Positions 29,382 to 39,552 of a DNA stretch of 64,000 bases are shown piece by piece; position 1 is the first letter of the stretch; the number at the start of each line of letters is the position of its first letter. A program made the position numbers and the translations under genes. The DNA lies in assembly GCA_965227775.1 (NCBI GenBank), contig OZ245777.1:1248001-1312000 (forward strand), given 5' to 3'. Below the pieces are notes generated by a model that made no database searches, was not told the origin of the DNA, and saw nothing but the letters and a program-made list of their open reading frames with translations. This DNA is from Phycisphaerales bacterium. GTDB lineage: Bacteria > Planctomycetota > Phycisphaerae > Phycisphaerales > UBA1924.

Positions 29382-29631
29382 CTACGACGTGGCAGGCGCG
29401 ATGAGCCGCTGGATTTGAGCGGCACCGATCCCGAACCGATGCTGGACTGGGCCCATGGCCCGGTCCGAACAACGCTGCCGGGGGTGAAAGCCCCCGCGTG
29501 AGCGATTAACCGGTCGCCGTCTTCTTTGGAGAGAGAACGGGCGAACTGGGTTAGGTAGATAGGTATCGCCGGAGTGGTTCCGGCGTGAGCACGACGCCGG
29601 CGATGCGCCGGCGACCCGAAGGAGAACACCC

Positions 29632-30402
<771 letters not shown>

Positions 30403-30422
30403 GCCTGTCGGAGCCGGTTCCG

Positions 30423-30758
30423 CTACGCGCCGCGCTCCAGGGCCAGCATCAGCAGCGAACGCACCCGGGCACGCCGGTACGCCTCGTCGGTGAAGATCGA
30501 CGCGGGCTGCTGCGCGCGCATCGTGCTCGGTGCTGGCTGACGGAAGTCGATGCGGCTGGTCGGACGAACGACGGTCGTCGGTGCTGCGCCCTGCGACTGG
30601 TCGGTCGCCCGTTCGTCCGCCGCCCGTCCGTCCGTCGGTTGCACGGGCTCGGTCGTGGGCGGCGCGGGGTCCGACACCGGGTCAACGCGCTGCGGTGGGA
30701 TGGGGCCGTCCTGGACGATGGCGAAGATCGCGACGGCGGCGACCAGCGTGCTATTCAC
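30423..30758 (-). CDS. Hypothetical protein with N-terminal hydrophobic segment, Pro-rich
   Basis: GTG start overlaps the stop of the TonB-like gene (GTGA). Confidence 0.55.
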   Translation of the reverse strand: MNSTLVAAVAIFAIVQDGPIPPQRVDPVSDPAPPTTEPVQPTDGRAADERATDQSQGAAPTTVVRPTSRIDFRQPAPSTMRAQQPASIFTDEAYRRARVRSLLMLALERGA

Positions 30759-31645
30759 ATCAGGATCCTCATGCGGATGAGCAGGGGCGCGTCGCCCTCC
30801 TGCATCTCTTCGATCGGCTTGCCCTCGGCCGTCCACTCATAGATCGCGTTGATGAGCGCCTGATCAATATCGGAGAATCCCGAGCCGCGGCCCGAGGGGA
30901 TGCGGGCCCGCGAGACGCGGCCGTCGTGATTGAAGAAGATCTCGACGAGCGGGCTGCGGTCGGCACGAAAGGCCCGCTGCAGGCTCGTCAGGTGGATGCG
31001 GGTCGTGTTGATCCGCAGTCCCTCGGCCGAGACCACGCGACCGAGCTCGAGCCGGCGCATCTCGATGGGCTTGCTCGAGGGCGGGGCCGAGCGTGTGTCC
31101 TGGATGCCCGGGCTGCCGTCGAGGGCGTCATCTTTGGCGGGCGTCGGCTCGGCCGGCGGCTGCTCGACGGGTTGCTCTTCGGTGGGCTGGGTTTGCGGCT
31201 CAGCCGTCGCTTCGGCGAGGGCTCGCGCGTCGGCCTGGGCTCGTGCGAATCGCTCTCGGAGCGCGTCGAGCACTTGTCGAGCGTCTGCAAACGCCTGATC
31301 GGTGCTGGTCTGGAGCGAGGCCGCCATGGCGCGCGCGAAGTTGTCCCGCTGGTCGCCCTGGGCTCGCGTCAGCGGGCTCTGCTCGGTGGGGGCGGGGTCG
31401 GCCACGTGCGGCGTGGGCACTTCGAAGCCCAGCCAGTTGGGCGTCACGGCGTCGCTTCGCTCGATGCCCAGCTTCACCGGGATCTCGAGCGGGTCCATCT
31501 GTTCCGCGGCGTCGGCCATGCTCGTCGGGTCGACGCCCGCACGGAGCAGCAGCACGGCGATGAGCACGTGGCACGCCAGGCTCGCCGGCACGGCGACGGC
31601 CCACCGGGCAACCTGCGTCGATCTTGGGCGATGGACCGGGCTCAT
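30755..31645 (-). CDS. TonB-like protein
   Basis: TM with SxxxH (SLACH), Pro/Glu-rich linker, TonB_C-like DGRVSRA..GSG..IDQA..AIYEW; follows exbD. Confidence 0.75.
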   Translation of the reverse strand: MSPVHRPRSTQVARWAVAVPASLACHVLIAVLLLRAGVDPTSMADAAEQMDPLEIPVKLGIERSDAVTPNWLGFEVPTPHVADPAPTEQSPLTRAQGDQRDNFARAMAASLQTSTDQAFADARQVLDALRERFARAQADARALAEATAEPQTQPTEEQPVEQPPAEPTPAKDDALDGSPGIQDTRSAPPSSKPIEMRRLELGRVVSAEGLRINTTRIHLTSLQRAFRADRSPLVEIFFNHDGRVSRARIPSGRGSGFSDIDQALINAIYEWTAEGKPIEEMQEGDAPLLIRMRILM

Positions 31646-31674
31646 GCGCTTGGAATGCTACGAACGGGCCTCAT

Positions 31675-32172
31675 TCAGGGATCGTCGCCGGCTTCGGCAG
31701 CTCGCTCGGTGGGGGTGCCGACGAGCTCGACCGCCTCGTAGCCCTGAGTGCGCAGGGCGTCGAGCACCCGCAAGAGGGCGCCCGAGACGCCTCGCTCGTC
31801 GACTTCGAGCCGGATCGTGGGCTGCGTATCCGGTTGGGAGTCTGGTTGGGTGCCGGGCCCGGCCGCGAGCGAGATGGCTTCGAGCAGGGCCGCCCGGGTC
31901 GATTCGGCCAGAGGCTCTCCCTGGGCCAAAGCCGGGCCGACCGGCTCTCCGTCGACGAAGACCATGCCCTCGCTATCCACGGCGACGACGATGGCCTCGG
32001 GGCCCTGTCGCTGCTCGCCCGAGCCCATGGCGGGAAGGTCGAGATCGACGACGCTGACGCGGGAAAGCAGCACGAGCGAAAACACGAAGAAGGTCAGCAG
32101 CAGGAAGACCACGTCGATGATGGGGGCCATCTCGATGCGCGGCTCGGCGCTGGTTCGGCGGGTCTTCAGCAC
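31675..32172 (-). CDS. exbD: ExbD/TolR family biopolymer transport protein
   Basis: IEMAPIIDVVFLLLTFF, LDLP, VLDALRTQG; GTG start. Confidence 0.88.
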   Translation of the reverse strand: MLKTRRTSAEPRIEMAPIIDVVFLLLTFFVFSLVLLSRVSVVDLDLPAMGSGEQRQGPEAIVVAVDSEGMVFVDGEPVGPALAQGEPLAESTRAALLEAISLAAGPGTQPDSQPDTQPTIRLEVDERGVSGALLRVLDALRTQGYEAVELVGTPTERAAEAGDDP

Positions 32173-32277
32173 GGCGGCATCGTAGAGGGACCCCGCTGGC
32201 GCGTTGACGGTGGGGCCCGGCGGGCCTTCGATCCTCGGTCGGCCCAGGCAGTGTCGCCGGGCCGAGGGAGGGCGACG

Positions 32278-32769
32278 ATGACGGTACGAATGGAGTTGTC
32301 GCGCATTCTCATCCGCGAGCTGACCGACTACCAGGTCATCGAGCTGAGGGAGATGTCTGACAACGGCACCCCGCCGGACGACCTGCGGACTTTTCCAATC
32401 GTCATTGGGCTTCCCGAGGCCCAAGCCATCGAGCGGCGGCTCAGCGGTGTGCCCGTGAAGCGGCCGCAGACCCACGACCTGCTGGCGAACATCCTCGACG
32501 GGCTCAGCGCATCACTCGAGTCGGTGGCGATCACCGACCTTGCCGAAGCCACGTTCTACGCCGTGCTGAGCATCCGCGACAGCGAGGGCGAGATCGTGGA
32601 GATCGACGCCCGGCCCAGCGACGCGATCGCTTTGGGCATCGGGTTGAGCGTGCCGATCTACGTGGCCGAGCACGTGCTCGCACAAGCGACGAGCGTGAAT
32701 CCGCTCGAAGACCAGTTCGAGGCCGACGACGAGGACGAGCCGGACGAAGATGAGGGCCCGCCCTTTTGA
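32278..32769 (+). CDS. Bifunctional nuclease family protein (DUF151)
   Basis: FPIVIGLPEAQAI, RPQTHDLL, FYAVL, DARPSDAIAL, PIYV. Confidence 0.9.
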   Translation: MTVRMELSRILIRELTDYQVIELREMSDNGTPPDDLRTFPIVIGLPEAQAIERRLSGVPVKRPQTHDLLANILDGLSASLESVAITDLAEATFYAVLSIRDSEGEIVEIDARPSDAIALGIGLSVPIYVAEHVLAQATSVNPLEDQFEADDEDEPDEDEGPPF

Positions 32770-34070
32770 TGTTGCCCCACCACGCCGGCCTGCCGCCGGG
32801 GCCGACCGCCGGCGAGGAACCCGCGACGCTCTATCGCAGCGAGGGTGTGCCGGGCATCGGCGGCCTGCTGAAGCAACGCGAGGATGACTTCCTCGTCGAC
32901 GAGCTGCCGCTCTACCAGCCCTCGGGCGAGGGCGAGCACCTCATGCTGTTCGTCGAGAAGAAGGGGCTTTCGACCTCGTACATGATCGGCATCCTCGCAC
33001 GGCACTTCGGTGTGCGGCCGGCCGACATCGGATACGCCGGACTCAAGGACAAGACCGCCATCACGCGCCAGCACGTGACCGTGCACGTGCCGGGCAAGCG
33101 GCCCGAAGACTTTCCCGATCTGCGCGACGACCGCGTGCGCATCTTGTGGCTCGATCTGCACGACCGCAAGCTCCGCCGAGGCCACTTGGCGGGCAACGGG
33201 TTCTCGATCCGCGTGCGCGGCGTGCACCCGCAGGGCGTGCTGCACGCGCACAAGACGCTGGCGATCCTCGAGCGAACAGGAATGGCCAATTCTGTCGGCG
33301 AGCAACGCTTCGGCCAGTGGAACACGAATCATCGGGTCGGTCGCGCGATGGTGCTGGGTGAGGCCCAGGAGGCGTGCGACCTGCTGCTGGGCCCGACACC
33401 CGACGGCGGGACGGACGAATCGCGGGCGGCGTACGCGGCGGGCGACCTCGATGCCGCGCTGGCGAAGCTACCCCACAGCGCGGAGGGCGAGCGACGCGTG
33501 CTGGGGGCACTGGTGCAGGGCAAGTCGCCCAAGCGCGCCATCGAGCGCCTGGGGCGCACCGAGACCGGCTTCATGCTCAGCGCCCTCCAGAGCGCGATCT
33601 TCAACGAGGTGCTCCGCGAGCGCATGCGTCAGGGAACGCTCGACACGCTGCTGGAGGGCGACGTCGCCGTCGTGCACGGGGCCGGACGAACAACGTTCGT
33701 CGTGAACGCAGAGGAAGCGGAGAGCCAGGATATCAAGGACCGCCTGGATCGGCTGGAGATCAGCCCGACGGGCCCGCTGTGGGGGCCGTCCATGCGGCTG
33801 GCCTCGGGCGAGCCGGCGCGCATCGAGCGGCAGGCACTCGAGAGATTCGGACTGACGCCCGAACACCTGGAGCGATTTGCCAAACGGCATCGCGGCTCGA
33901 TGGACGGCGACCGGCGGCCGCTACGCGTGCCGCTGAAGTTCCCGCAGGTCGAAGGCGGCGCCGACGCGCACGGAACCTACGTGCGGTGCGGGTTCGAGCT
34001 GCCGCGTGGTAGCTTCGCGACCGAGGCGATGGCCGAGGTCATGAAGCCCGATCGAACGCACAGCCAGTGA
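32769..34070 (+). CDS. truD: tRNA pseudouridine(13) synthase TruD
   Basis: DFLVDE, GEGEH, YAGLKDKTAITRQ, GNGF, GEQRFG, SALQSAIFN, FELPRGSFAT. Confidence 0.94.
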   Translation: MLPHHAGLPPGPTAGEEPATLYRSEGVPGIGGLLKQREDDFLVDELPLYQPSGEGEHLMLFVEKKGLSTSYMIGILARHFGVRPADIGYAGLKDKTAITRQHVTVHVPGKRPEDFPDLRDDRVRILWLDLHDRKLRRGHLAGNGFSIRVRGVHPQGVLHAHKTLAILERTGMANSVGEQRFGQWNTNHRVGRAMVLGEAQEACDLLLGPTPDGGTDESRAAYAAGDLDAALAKLPHSAEGERRVLGALVQGKSPKRAIERLGRTETGFMLSALQSAIFNEVLRERMRQGTLDTLLEGDVAVVHGAGRTTFVVNAEEAESQDIKDRLDRLEISPTGPLWGPSMRLASGEPARIERQALERFGLTPEHLERFAKRHRGSMDGDRRPLRVPLKFPQVEGGADAHGTYVRCGFELPRGSFATEAMAEVMKPDRTHSQ

Positions 34071-34702
34071 CGATCGCGCGGCCAGAGGACGTCCGCGTCG
34101 TGTGCCTCGATTGGGGCGGCGTGCTGTTGCGTATCTGCAACGGGTGGGAAGAAGCGTGTGCGGCCGCGGGTCTGCCGCTACCGAAGGTGCCGGTGGGCGA
34201 TGACGTGCGCGCCGAGAGACGCAAGCTGGCCGAGTCCTACCAACTCGGACAGCTGTCGTGCGAGGCGTACTTCCCGGCGGTTGCCGAGCTTTCGCCGGGA
34301 TACTCGGCGAGCGATATCGAACGCCTGCACGACGCGTGGCTGCTCCACGAGTACGACGGAGCGCGCGAGCTCGCGCAAGAACTCGCCGGCCACGCGAGGC
34401 TGACGAGCGCGCTGCTCAGCAACACCAACGCTCGGCACTGGACGCGTCGGGCCGAGTTCACCGCCGCCGGGACGCTCGAGCACCAGCTTGCGAGCCACGA
34501 GCATCGAGCCGCAAAGCCTGATGCGGCGTTCTATGCTGCGCTCGAGCGGGCGGTGGGGGCGTCGGGCTCGCAGATCGTGTTCTTCGACGATCTCGAGCCA
34601 AACGTCGCGGCGGCGCGGGCCAAGGGATGGCAGGCGGTGCGCATTGATCCCACGGGCAACACGATCTCGCAGGTGCGAGCGGCGCTCGCGGGCATGCTAT
34701 AA
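34067..34702 (+). CDS. HAD superfamily hydrolase (YihX-like)
   Basis: LDWGGVL, LLSNTN, AKPD, FFDD, NVAAA. Confidence 0.88.
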   Translation: MTIARPEDVRVVCLDWGGVLLRICNGWEEACAAAGLPLPKVPVGDDVRAERRKLAESYQLGQLSCEAYFPAVAELSPGYSASDIERLHDAWLLHEYDGARELAQELAGHARLTSALLSNTNARHWTRRAEFTAAGTLEHQLASHEHRAAKPDAAFYAALERAVGASGSQIVFFDDLEPNVAAARAKGWQAVRIDPTGNTISQVRAALAGML

Positions 34703-34704
34703 GC

Positions 34705-34735
34705 AAAGAAAAGCCGCGTGCTCTCGCACGCGGCT
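34705..34735 (-). terminator. Intrinsic terminator of the dehydrogenase gene
   Basis: 10-bp stem AGCCGCGTGC/GCACGCGGCT with an A-rich tract on its left (U tract on the minus strand). Confidence 0.7.
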
Positions 34736-34756
34736 GGGTTCGGAATCGGCTGCGGA

Positions 34757-36148
34757 TTACGGGAAGATGCCGCGGGTCTTGTACACGCGGCCGATGTGAT
34801 CGAGCGCTGCCAGATATGCGGCCGTACGCATGTCGCACTCGTAGCGCTGGCGGGCCAGCAGCGTGCGGCGGGCCGACATGCACATGACCTTGTTGAGCTC
34901 GCGGTCGACCGTCTCGACGTCCCAGATCTGGCAGGCCTTGTTCTGGACCCACTCGAAGTACGACACGGTCACGCCACCGGCGTTGCACAGGATGGCGGGG
35001 AGCACCTCGATGCCGCGGCGCTGGAGCACGCGGTCGGCGGCGGGGGTACAGGGGGCGTTGGCACCCTCGGCCACCACGCGGCACTGGAGCATCTCGGCCT
35101 CCTGCGGGCCGATCATCTGTTCGAGGGCGGCGGGGATGAACGCGTCGACGGGCGTGCTGTAGAAGTCTTCCTTCGAGATGGCGTCGGCGCCCTTGCCGTT
35201 CTTGCCCGACTCGGTGGCGGCCTTGGACTTCTCGAAGCCGGCGATGCCGTAGTGCTCGTAGCTGTACTCGCTGAGCGCGTGGGCGTCGATGCCCGTGTCG
35301 CACCGCAGCGCGCCCGAGTGGTCCATGACGGCGATGAGCGTGGCGCCCATGTCCTGCAAGATGCGAGCAGCCCACGAGCCCACGTTACCGAAGCCGAGGA
35401 TGCTGAATCGCAGGCCTTCGATGGGGATCTTGATCTGCGGGAGGATCTCGGCCATCACGTCGGCGACGCCCTGGCCGGTAGCCTTCTCGCGGCCGACAGA
35501 GCCGCCGACCTCGACGGGCTTGCCGGTGACGACACGCATGCCGTCGTAGGCGGTCTTGCTGTTGGACATCTGGTACGTGTCGGCAATCCAGGCCATGTGC
35601 TGGGCCGTGGTGCCCACATCGGGCGCGGGGATGTCGTAGTCGGGCCCGATGTCGTTCATGATGGCGCTGGTGAAGCGGCGGGTGATGCGCTCCATCTCGT
35701 CGGGGCTGTGCTTGCGCGGGTCGACCTTCACGCCACCCTTGCCACCGCCCAGGGGCAGGCGGGCCAGCGAGCACTTCATGGTCATGAGCAACGCCAGGGC
35801 CTTGACGTCATCGAGGTGGACGTCGGGGTGGAAGCGCAGGCCGCCCTTGAACGGGCCCAGCGCGTTGTTGTGCTGCACGCGGTAGCCCTTGAACAGGTGG
35901 TGGTGCCCGTCGTCGAGGCGAACGGGGAAGTGCACCATGATCTCGTTCTTAGGCTGGGCCAGGATGATCTTGACGCGGTGCTGGAGGTCGAGCATGTCGG
36001 CGGCGTGCAGCATGCTGCCGACCGTCTGCGTGTAGAGGTTGTTGGGATCCTTGGGAAACCCAAGCTCGTCGAACACCGGGTTGCGATTCTCTTCGTCGAG
36101 GGCGGGGGCACCCGCCGAGCCTTGGGTCTGCGTCGCGATCGTTGTCAT
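34757..36148 (-). CDS. gdhA: Glu/Leu/Phe/Val dehydrogenase (glutamate dehydrogenase-like)
   Basis: GYRVQH, GPFKGGLRF, GGGKGG, DIPAPDVGT, VTGKP, GFGNVG, EGANAP, NAGGVTVSYFEW. Confidence 0.93.
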   Translation of the reverse strand: MTTIATQTQGSAGAPALDEENRNPVFDELGFPKDPNNLYTQTVGSMLHAADMLDLQHRVKIILAQPKNEIMVHFPVRLDDGHHHLFKGYRVQHNNALGPFKGGLRFHPDVHLDDVKALALLMTMKCSLARLPLGGGKGGVKVDPRKHSPDEMERITRRFTSAIMNDIGPDYDIPAPDVGTTAQHMAWIADTYQMSNSKTAYDGMRVVTGKPVEVGGSVGREKATGQGVADVMAEILPQIKIPIEGLRFSILGFGNVGSWAARILQDMGATLIAVMDHSGALRCDTGIDAHALSEYSYEHYGIAGFEKSKAATESGKNGKGADAISKEDFYSTPVDAFIPAALEQMIGPQEAEMLQCRVVAEGANAPCTPAADRVLQRRGIEVLPAILCNAGGVTVSYFEWVQNKACQIWDVETVDRELNKVMCMSARRTLLARQRYECDMRTAAYLAALDHIGRVYKTRGIFP

Positions 36149-36767
36149 TGCTTCGGCTGCCTCACGGTGAAATCGGCGGTTCCATCCGGTGCTGGGGTCC
36201 GCCAACCCCGACGACCGCGGGATCGTCGCCCGCGTCCCGCCCATGTCTGCCACGCTACGACCGAACGGCCGATCCGTTCGTTCGTGCGGCTTGCTCACCC
36301 TTGCATATCGGCCGAAATTGCCCGGCACTGGCAAGGCCCCAGCCATCGCCGAAGGCGTGCCGGGTGGGGTGAACCCGCCGGCCTCGGCCTGCGCGTCGTG
36401 CTGAGCCGTAAGGCTAGCCGGAATGGGGCGAAAAAGCGCTGTCCGAGCAAGGCATTATCGGAGTGCGCGTGGTGCTTCAGACGTGGATTTTTGCGAGCCG
36501 GTCCGTCCGCCACCCGAACCAAGATCGGGAGCCTGCCCATAGGGCCAGCGCCTAGTATCTATTTCCGTTCCGCCGGTCCGGTATGTCGTACGCAGGCGTT
36601 GTGGTGGCGCCCCGGAACCCAGAACGAACCCAAAGCCGCCCTCGGGCGGGCCGACTCGAGCGATACGCCCGCGGGGCGTGCGAGCCGGTACGGCGGCGTG
36701 TCGATTGATCGCGGGGGCCCGGCGGCCCGAGATCGACGAGCACGACCGACTTGAGAGACGCAACTTT

Positions 36768-38504
36768 ATGGTGGACGAAACCCTGATCGCATCGCTTGGC
36801 CTGGAAGACAGCGAGGCCGAAGCGATGGTCCGTGAAGCGCTCGGCGAAGCGGTCGCCAGCGGCGACATGGACAACCTGCTGGACAACCAGATCTCCGACC
36901 TCGAGCCGGGCAAGATCATCAAGGGCAAGGTCATCGGCTTTGCCGGCGATGACGTCGTGGTAGAAGTCGGGCTCAAGAGCGAGGGCCTGGTGCCCCGCGA
37001 AGAGTTCGACGAAGAGCCCAAGATCGGCGAGACGGTCGACGTGCTGCTTCGGAGCCTCGAGGGCTCGAGCGGCGTGGTTGAGGTGTCCAAGCGCCAGGCC
37101 GATCGCCAGATCGCCTGGAACCGCATCGTCGACAACACCAAGGAAGACGACATCGTCGAGGGCAAGGTCGTCAAGCAGATCAAGGGCGGCCTGCTGGTCG
37201 ACATCGGTGTGCCGGTGTTCCTGCCGGCCAGCCAGGTCGACGTCCGCCGCCCGCACGACGTGCGCGACTTCGTGGGCCGCTCGGTCCGCGCGATGGTGCT
37301 CAAGATCGACACCGAGCGTCGCAACATCGTCATCAGCCGCCGCCGCCTCATCGAGAAGGAGCGCGACGCCGCCAAGAAGCGTCTGCTCGAGACCCTCGCC
37401 GAGGGCCAGATCGTCAAGGGTCAGGTCAAGAACCTGGCCGACTTTGGTGCCTTCATCGACCTGGGCGGCATCGACGGCCTCCTGCACATCACCGACATGA
37501 GCTGGAGCCGGGTGAACCACCCCAGCGAGATGCTCAAGGTCGACGAAGAGATCGAGGTCAAGGTCCTCTCCATCGACATGCAGAAGGAGAAGATCGCCCT
37601 GGGCCTCAAGCAGAAGGACCCCAGCCCGTGGGAGGCCATCGAGGCCAAATACCCCGTGGGCAGCCGCATCTCGGGCGAGGTGGTCAACATCATGTCCTAC
37701 GGCGCCTTCGTGCGTCTGGAAGACGGCATCGAGGGCCTGGTCCACATCTCCGAGATGAGCTGGACCCGTCGCGTGAACCACCCCAGCGAGGTGGTCAGCG
37801 TGGGCGAGCCGGTCGACGTCGTCGTGCTCGACATCGACAAGAACAAGCAGGAGATCAGCCTCGGCATGAAGCAGACCGAGGTGAACCCCTGGGAGCTGGT
37901 TGCCGAGAAGTATCCTCCCGGCACCATCATCGAGGGCTCGGTGCGCAACCTTGCCAACTACGGCGCGTTTATCGAGATCGAGCCGGGCATCGACGGCCTG
38001 TTGCACGTCAGCGACATGAGCTGGACCAAGAAGGTCACCCACCCCAATGAGATCGTCGCTAAGGGCGACGTGGTCAAGTGCGTGGTGCTCGACGTCGACC
38101 AGGAGAAGCAGCGCATCAGCCTTGGTGTCAAGCAGCTCACCGAGGATCCGTGGCTCAACGCCATCCCCGGCGCCTACCAGCCCGGCATGGTTGTCCGCGG
38201 CAAGGTCACCAAGATCACCAACTTCGGCGTGTTCGTCGAGCTCGAGGATGATCTCGAGGGCCTGCTGCACATCTCCGAGCTGGCCGACCACAAGGTCGAG
38301 GACCCGCAGGAGGTCGTCAAGGCCGGTGACGAGGTGGACGTCAAGATCCTGCGCGTCGACATCAGCGATCGCAAGATCGGCCTGAGCCTCAAGCGTGCCC
38401 AGTGGGGCGACGCCGGCGACGGTTCGTATTCGGCCGATGCCAGCCCGCAGCGCGGCGGCATGGACGACCACGACGCGATGGGCACCAACAAGATCGAGTT
38501 CTGA
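36768..38504 (+). CDS. rpsA: 30S ribosomal protein S1 (six S1 domains)
   Basis: Repeated FGAFIDLGGIDGLLH / YGAFVRLEDGIEGLVHISEMSW S1 motifs. Confidence 0.97.
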   Translation: MVDETLIASLGLEDSEAEAMVREALGEAVASGDMDNLLDNQISDLEPGKIIKGKVIGFAGDDVVVEVGLKSEGLVPREEFDEEPKIGETVDVLLRSLEGSSGVVEVSKRQADRQIAWNRIVDNTKEDDIVEGKVVKQIKGGLLVDIGVPVFLPASQVDVRRPHDVRDFVGRSVRAMVLKIDTERRNIVISRRRLIEKERDAAKKRLLETLAEGQIVKGQVKNLADFGAFIDLGGIDGLLHITDMSWSRVNHPSEMLKVDEEIEVKVLSIDMQKEKIALGLKQKDPSPWEAIEAKYPVGSRISGEVVNIMSYGAFVRLEDGIEGLVHISEMSWTRRVNHPSEVVSVGEPVDVVVLDIDKNKQEISLGMKQTEVNPWELVAEKYPPGTIIEGSVRNLANYGAFIEIEPGIDGLLHVSDMSWTKKVTHPNEIVAKGDVVKCVVLDVDQEKQRISLGVKQLTEDPWLNAIPGAYQPGMVVRGKVTKITNFGVFVELEDDLEGLLHISELADHKVEDPQEVVKAGDEVDVKILRVDISDRKIGLSLKRAQWGDAGDGSYSADASPQRGGMDDHDAMGTNKIEF

Positions 38505-38532
38505 TCTCTTAGGTCCCCGCAATCAACGCAAC

Positions 38533-38560
38533 GAAGCCCGGGCGAGAGCCCGGGTTTCTC
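38533..38560. terminator. Terminator downstream of rpsA, possibly bidirectional
   Basis: GAAGCCCGGGC-GAGA-GCCCGGGTTTC. Confidence 0.75.
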
Positions 38561-38616
38561 ATTGTGCGCAGCATGGCTGGTCCACGGTTCTGGCCGTTGC
38601 CAGCACCGCTTCATGC

Positions 38617-38697
38617 TCACATCAGGGCGATGAAGCTGAGGACCGTAAGGAGCATGACCCGCTTGCCGTTGTCGGAGACCTTCAGAACGCTCTTCAT
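38617..38697 (-). CDS. Candidate 26-aa small membrane peptide MKSVLKVSDNGKRVMLLTVLSFIALM
   Basis: 24 of 26 codons end in G/C (hand count); AAAGG upstream; hydrophobic C-terminal half; converges on the rpsA terminator. Confidence 0.45.
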   Translation of the reverse strand: MKSVLKVSDNGKRVMLLTVLSFIALM

Positions 38698-38955
38698 GGT
38701 TTTCGGCCTTTCTGCTCTTGTCGCCGGCCCGCACCCGGGACGGCTCGAAGATACTCCTTCAACCCCGGTGCCAACGGCCCGTGGGCGGCCATAACCACGT
38801 GCCAGGGGCGACAAGGGCGCGGGTACCACGCTTATCAGACGGGCCGTGGTGCCTGGGGTCAACGCCTGCGATCAACACGTTGCCGCCCCGCCTCGTGCCC
38901 AACGCCACTGGGGAACATATTTGCACCTGCATCGATTCGCCCGATAGAGGCAACG

Positions 38956-39405
38956 ATGTCCACGCCAGCACCACAGAACGACCGAGAACTCGCCGAGACC
39001 TTCACGGGGTGTCTCGCGTCGGCCATCCGCCAGGCCGATCGGCTGGTGGCGTCGGTCTTCGATGATCGTCTACGCGAGGTCGGGCTCCGGGGCACGCAGA
39101 TGTCCCTGCTCGGCATGATCGCCAAGCTCGGCAGACCTAGCCAGAGCGAGCTGGCCGACGCCACGCATACCGATGCCACGACGCTCAGCCGCAACCTCGA
39201 TCGCCTGGTCGAACGTGGACTGGCAGAGCGGATTGAGTGCGAGCAGGACCGCCGCATGCGTCGCTATTCCCTCACCACGACCGGGCGACGAACGCTCAAG
39301 GACGCCATCCCGCACTGGAAGGCAGCCCAGGAAGAGGTATCTCTCCGCCTTGGCGCCGACCTCTGCGACAAGCTCGGCCAGATCGCTCAGACGCTGAGCG
39401 AGTAG
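38956..39405 (+). CDS. MarR family transcriptional regulator
   Basis: CLASAIRQADR, GLRGTQMSLL, ELADA, TTLSRNLDRLVERGL, DRR, LTTTG. Confidence 0.9.
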   Translation: MSTPAPQNDRELAETFTGCLASAIRQADRLVASVFDDRLREVGLRGTQMSLLGMIAKLGRPSQSELADATHTDATTLSRNLDRLVERGLAERIECEQDRRMRRYSLTTTGRRTLKDAIPHWKAAQEEVSLRLGADLCDKLGQIAQTLSE

Positions 39406-39552
39406 CGGCGGCAAGAACCCTCGCCAAACACGATTGTGCAGTTTTCTCATAAAGAAGATGTCGATGGCGGAATATAAATGTATATGCATGTATTTGCCCT
39501 CTCGTGTGTCGCTCGTGGCGAGCACGGCACGCCAAACAGAGGAGTATCTGTC

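Noticed and set aside
29400..29500. Group II intron domain V, SRP RNA or RNase P identity for the infC leader (GAGCCG and GTGAAAG words)
   Set aside because: Spacing and pairing do not fit those families; kept only as an unassigned structured leader
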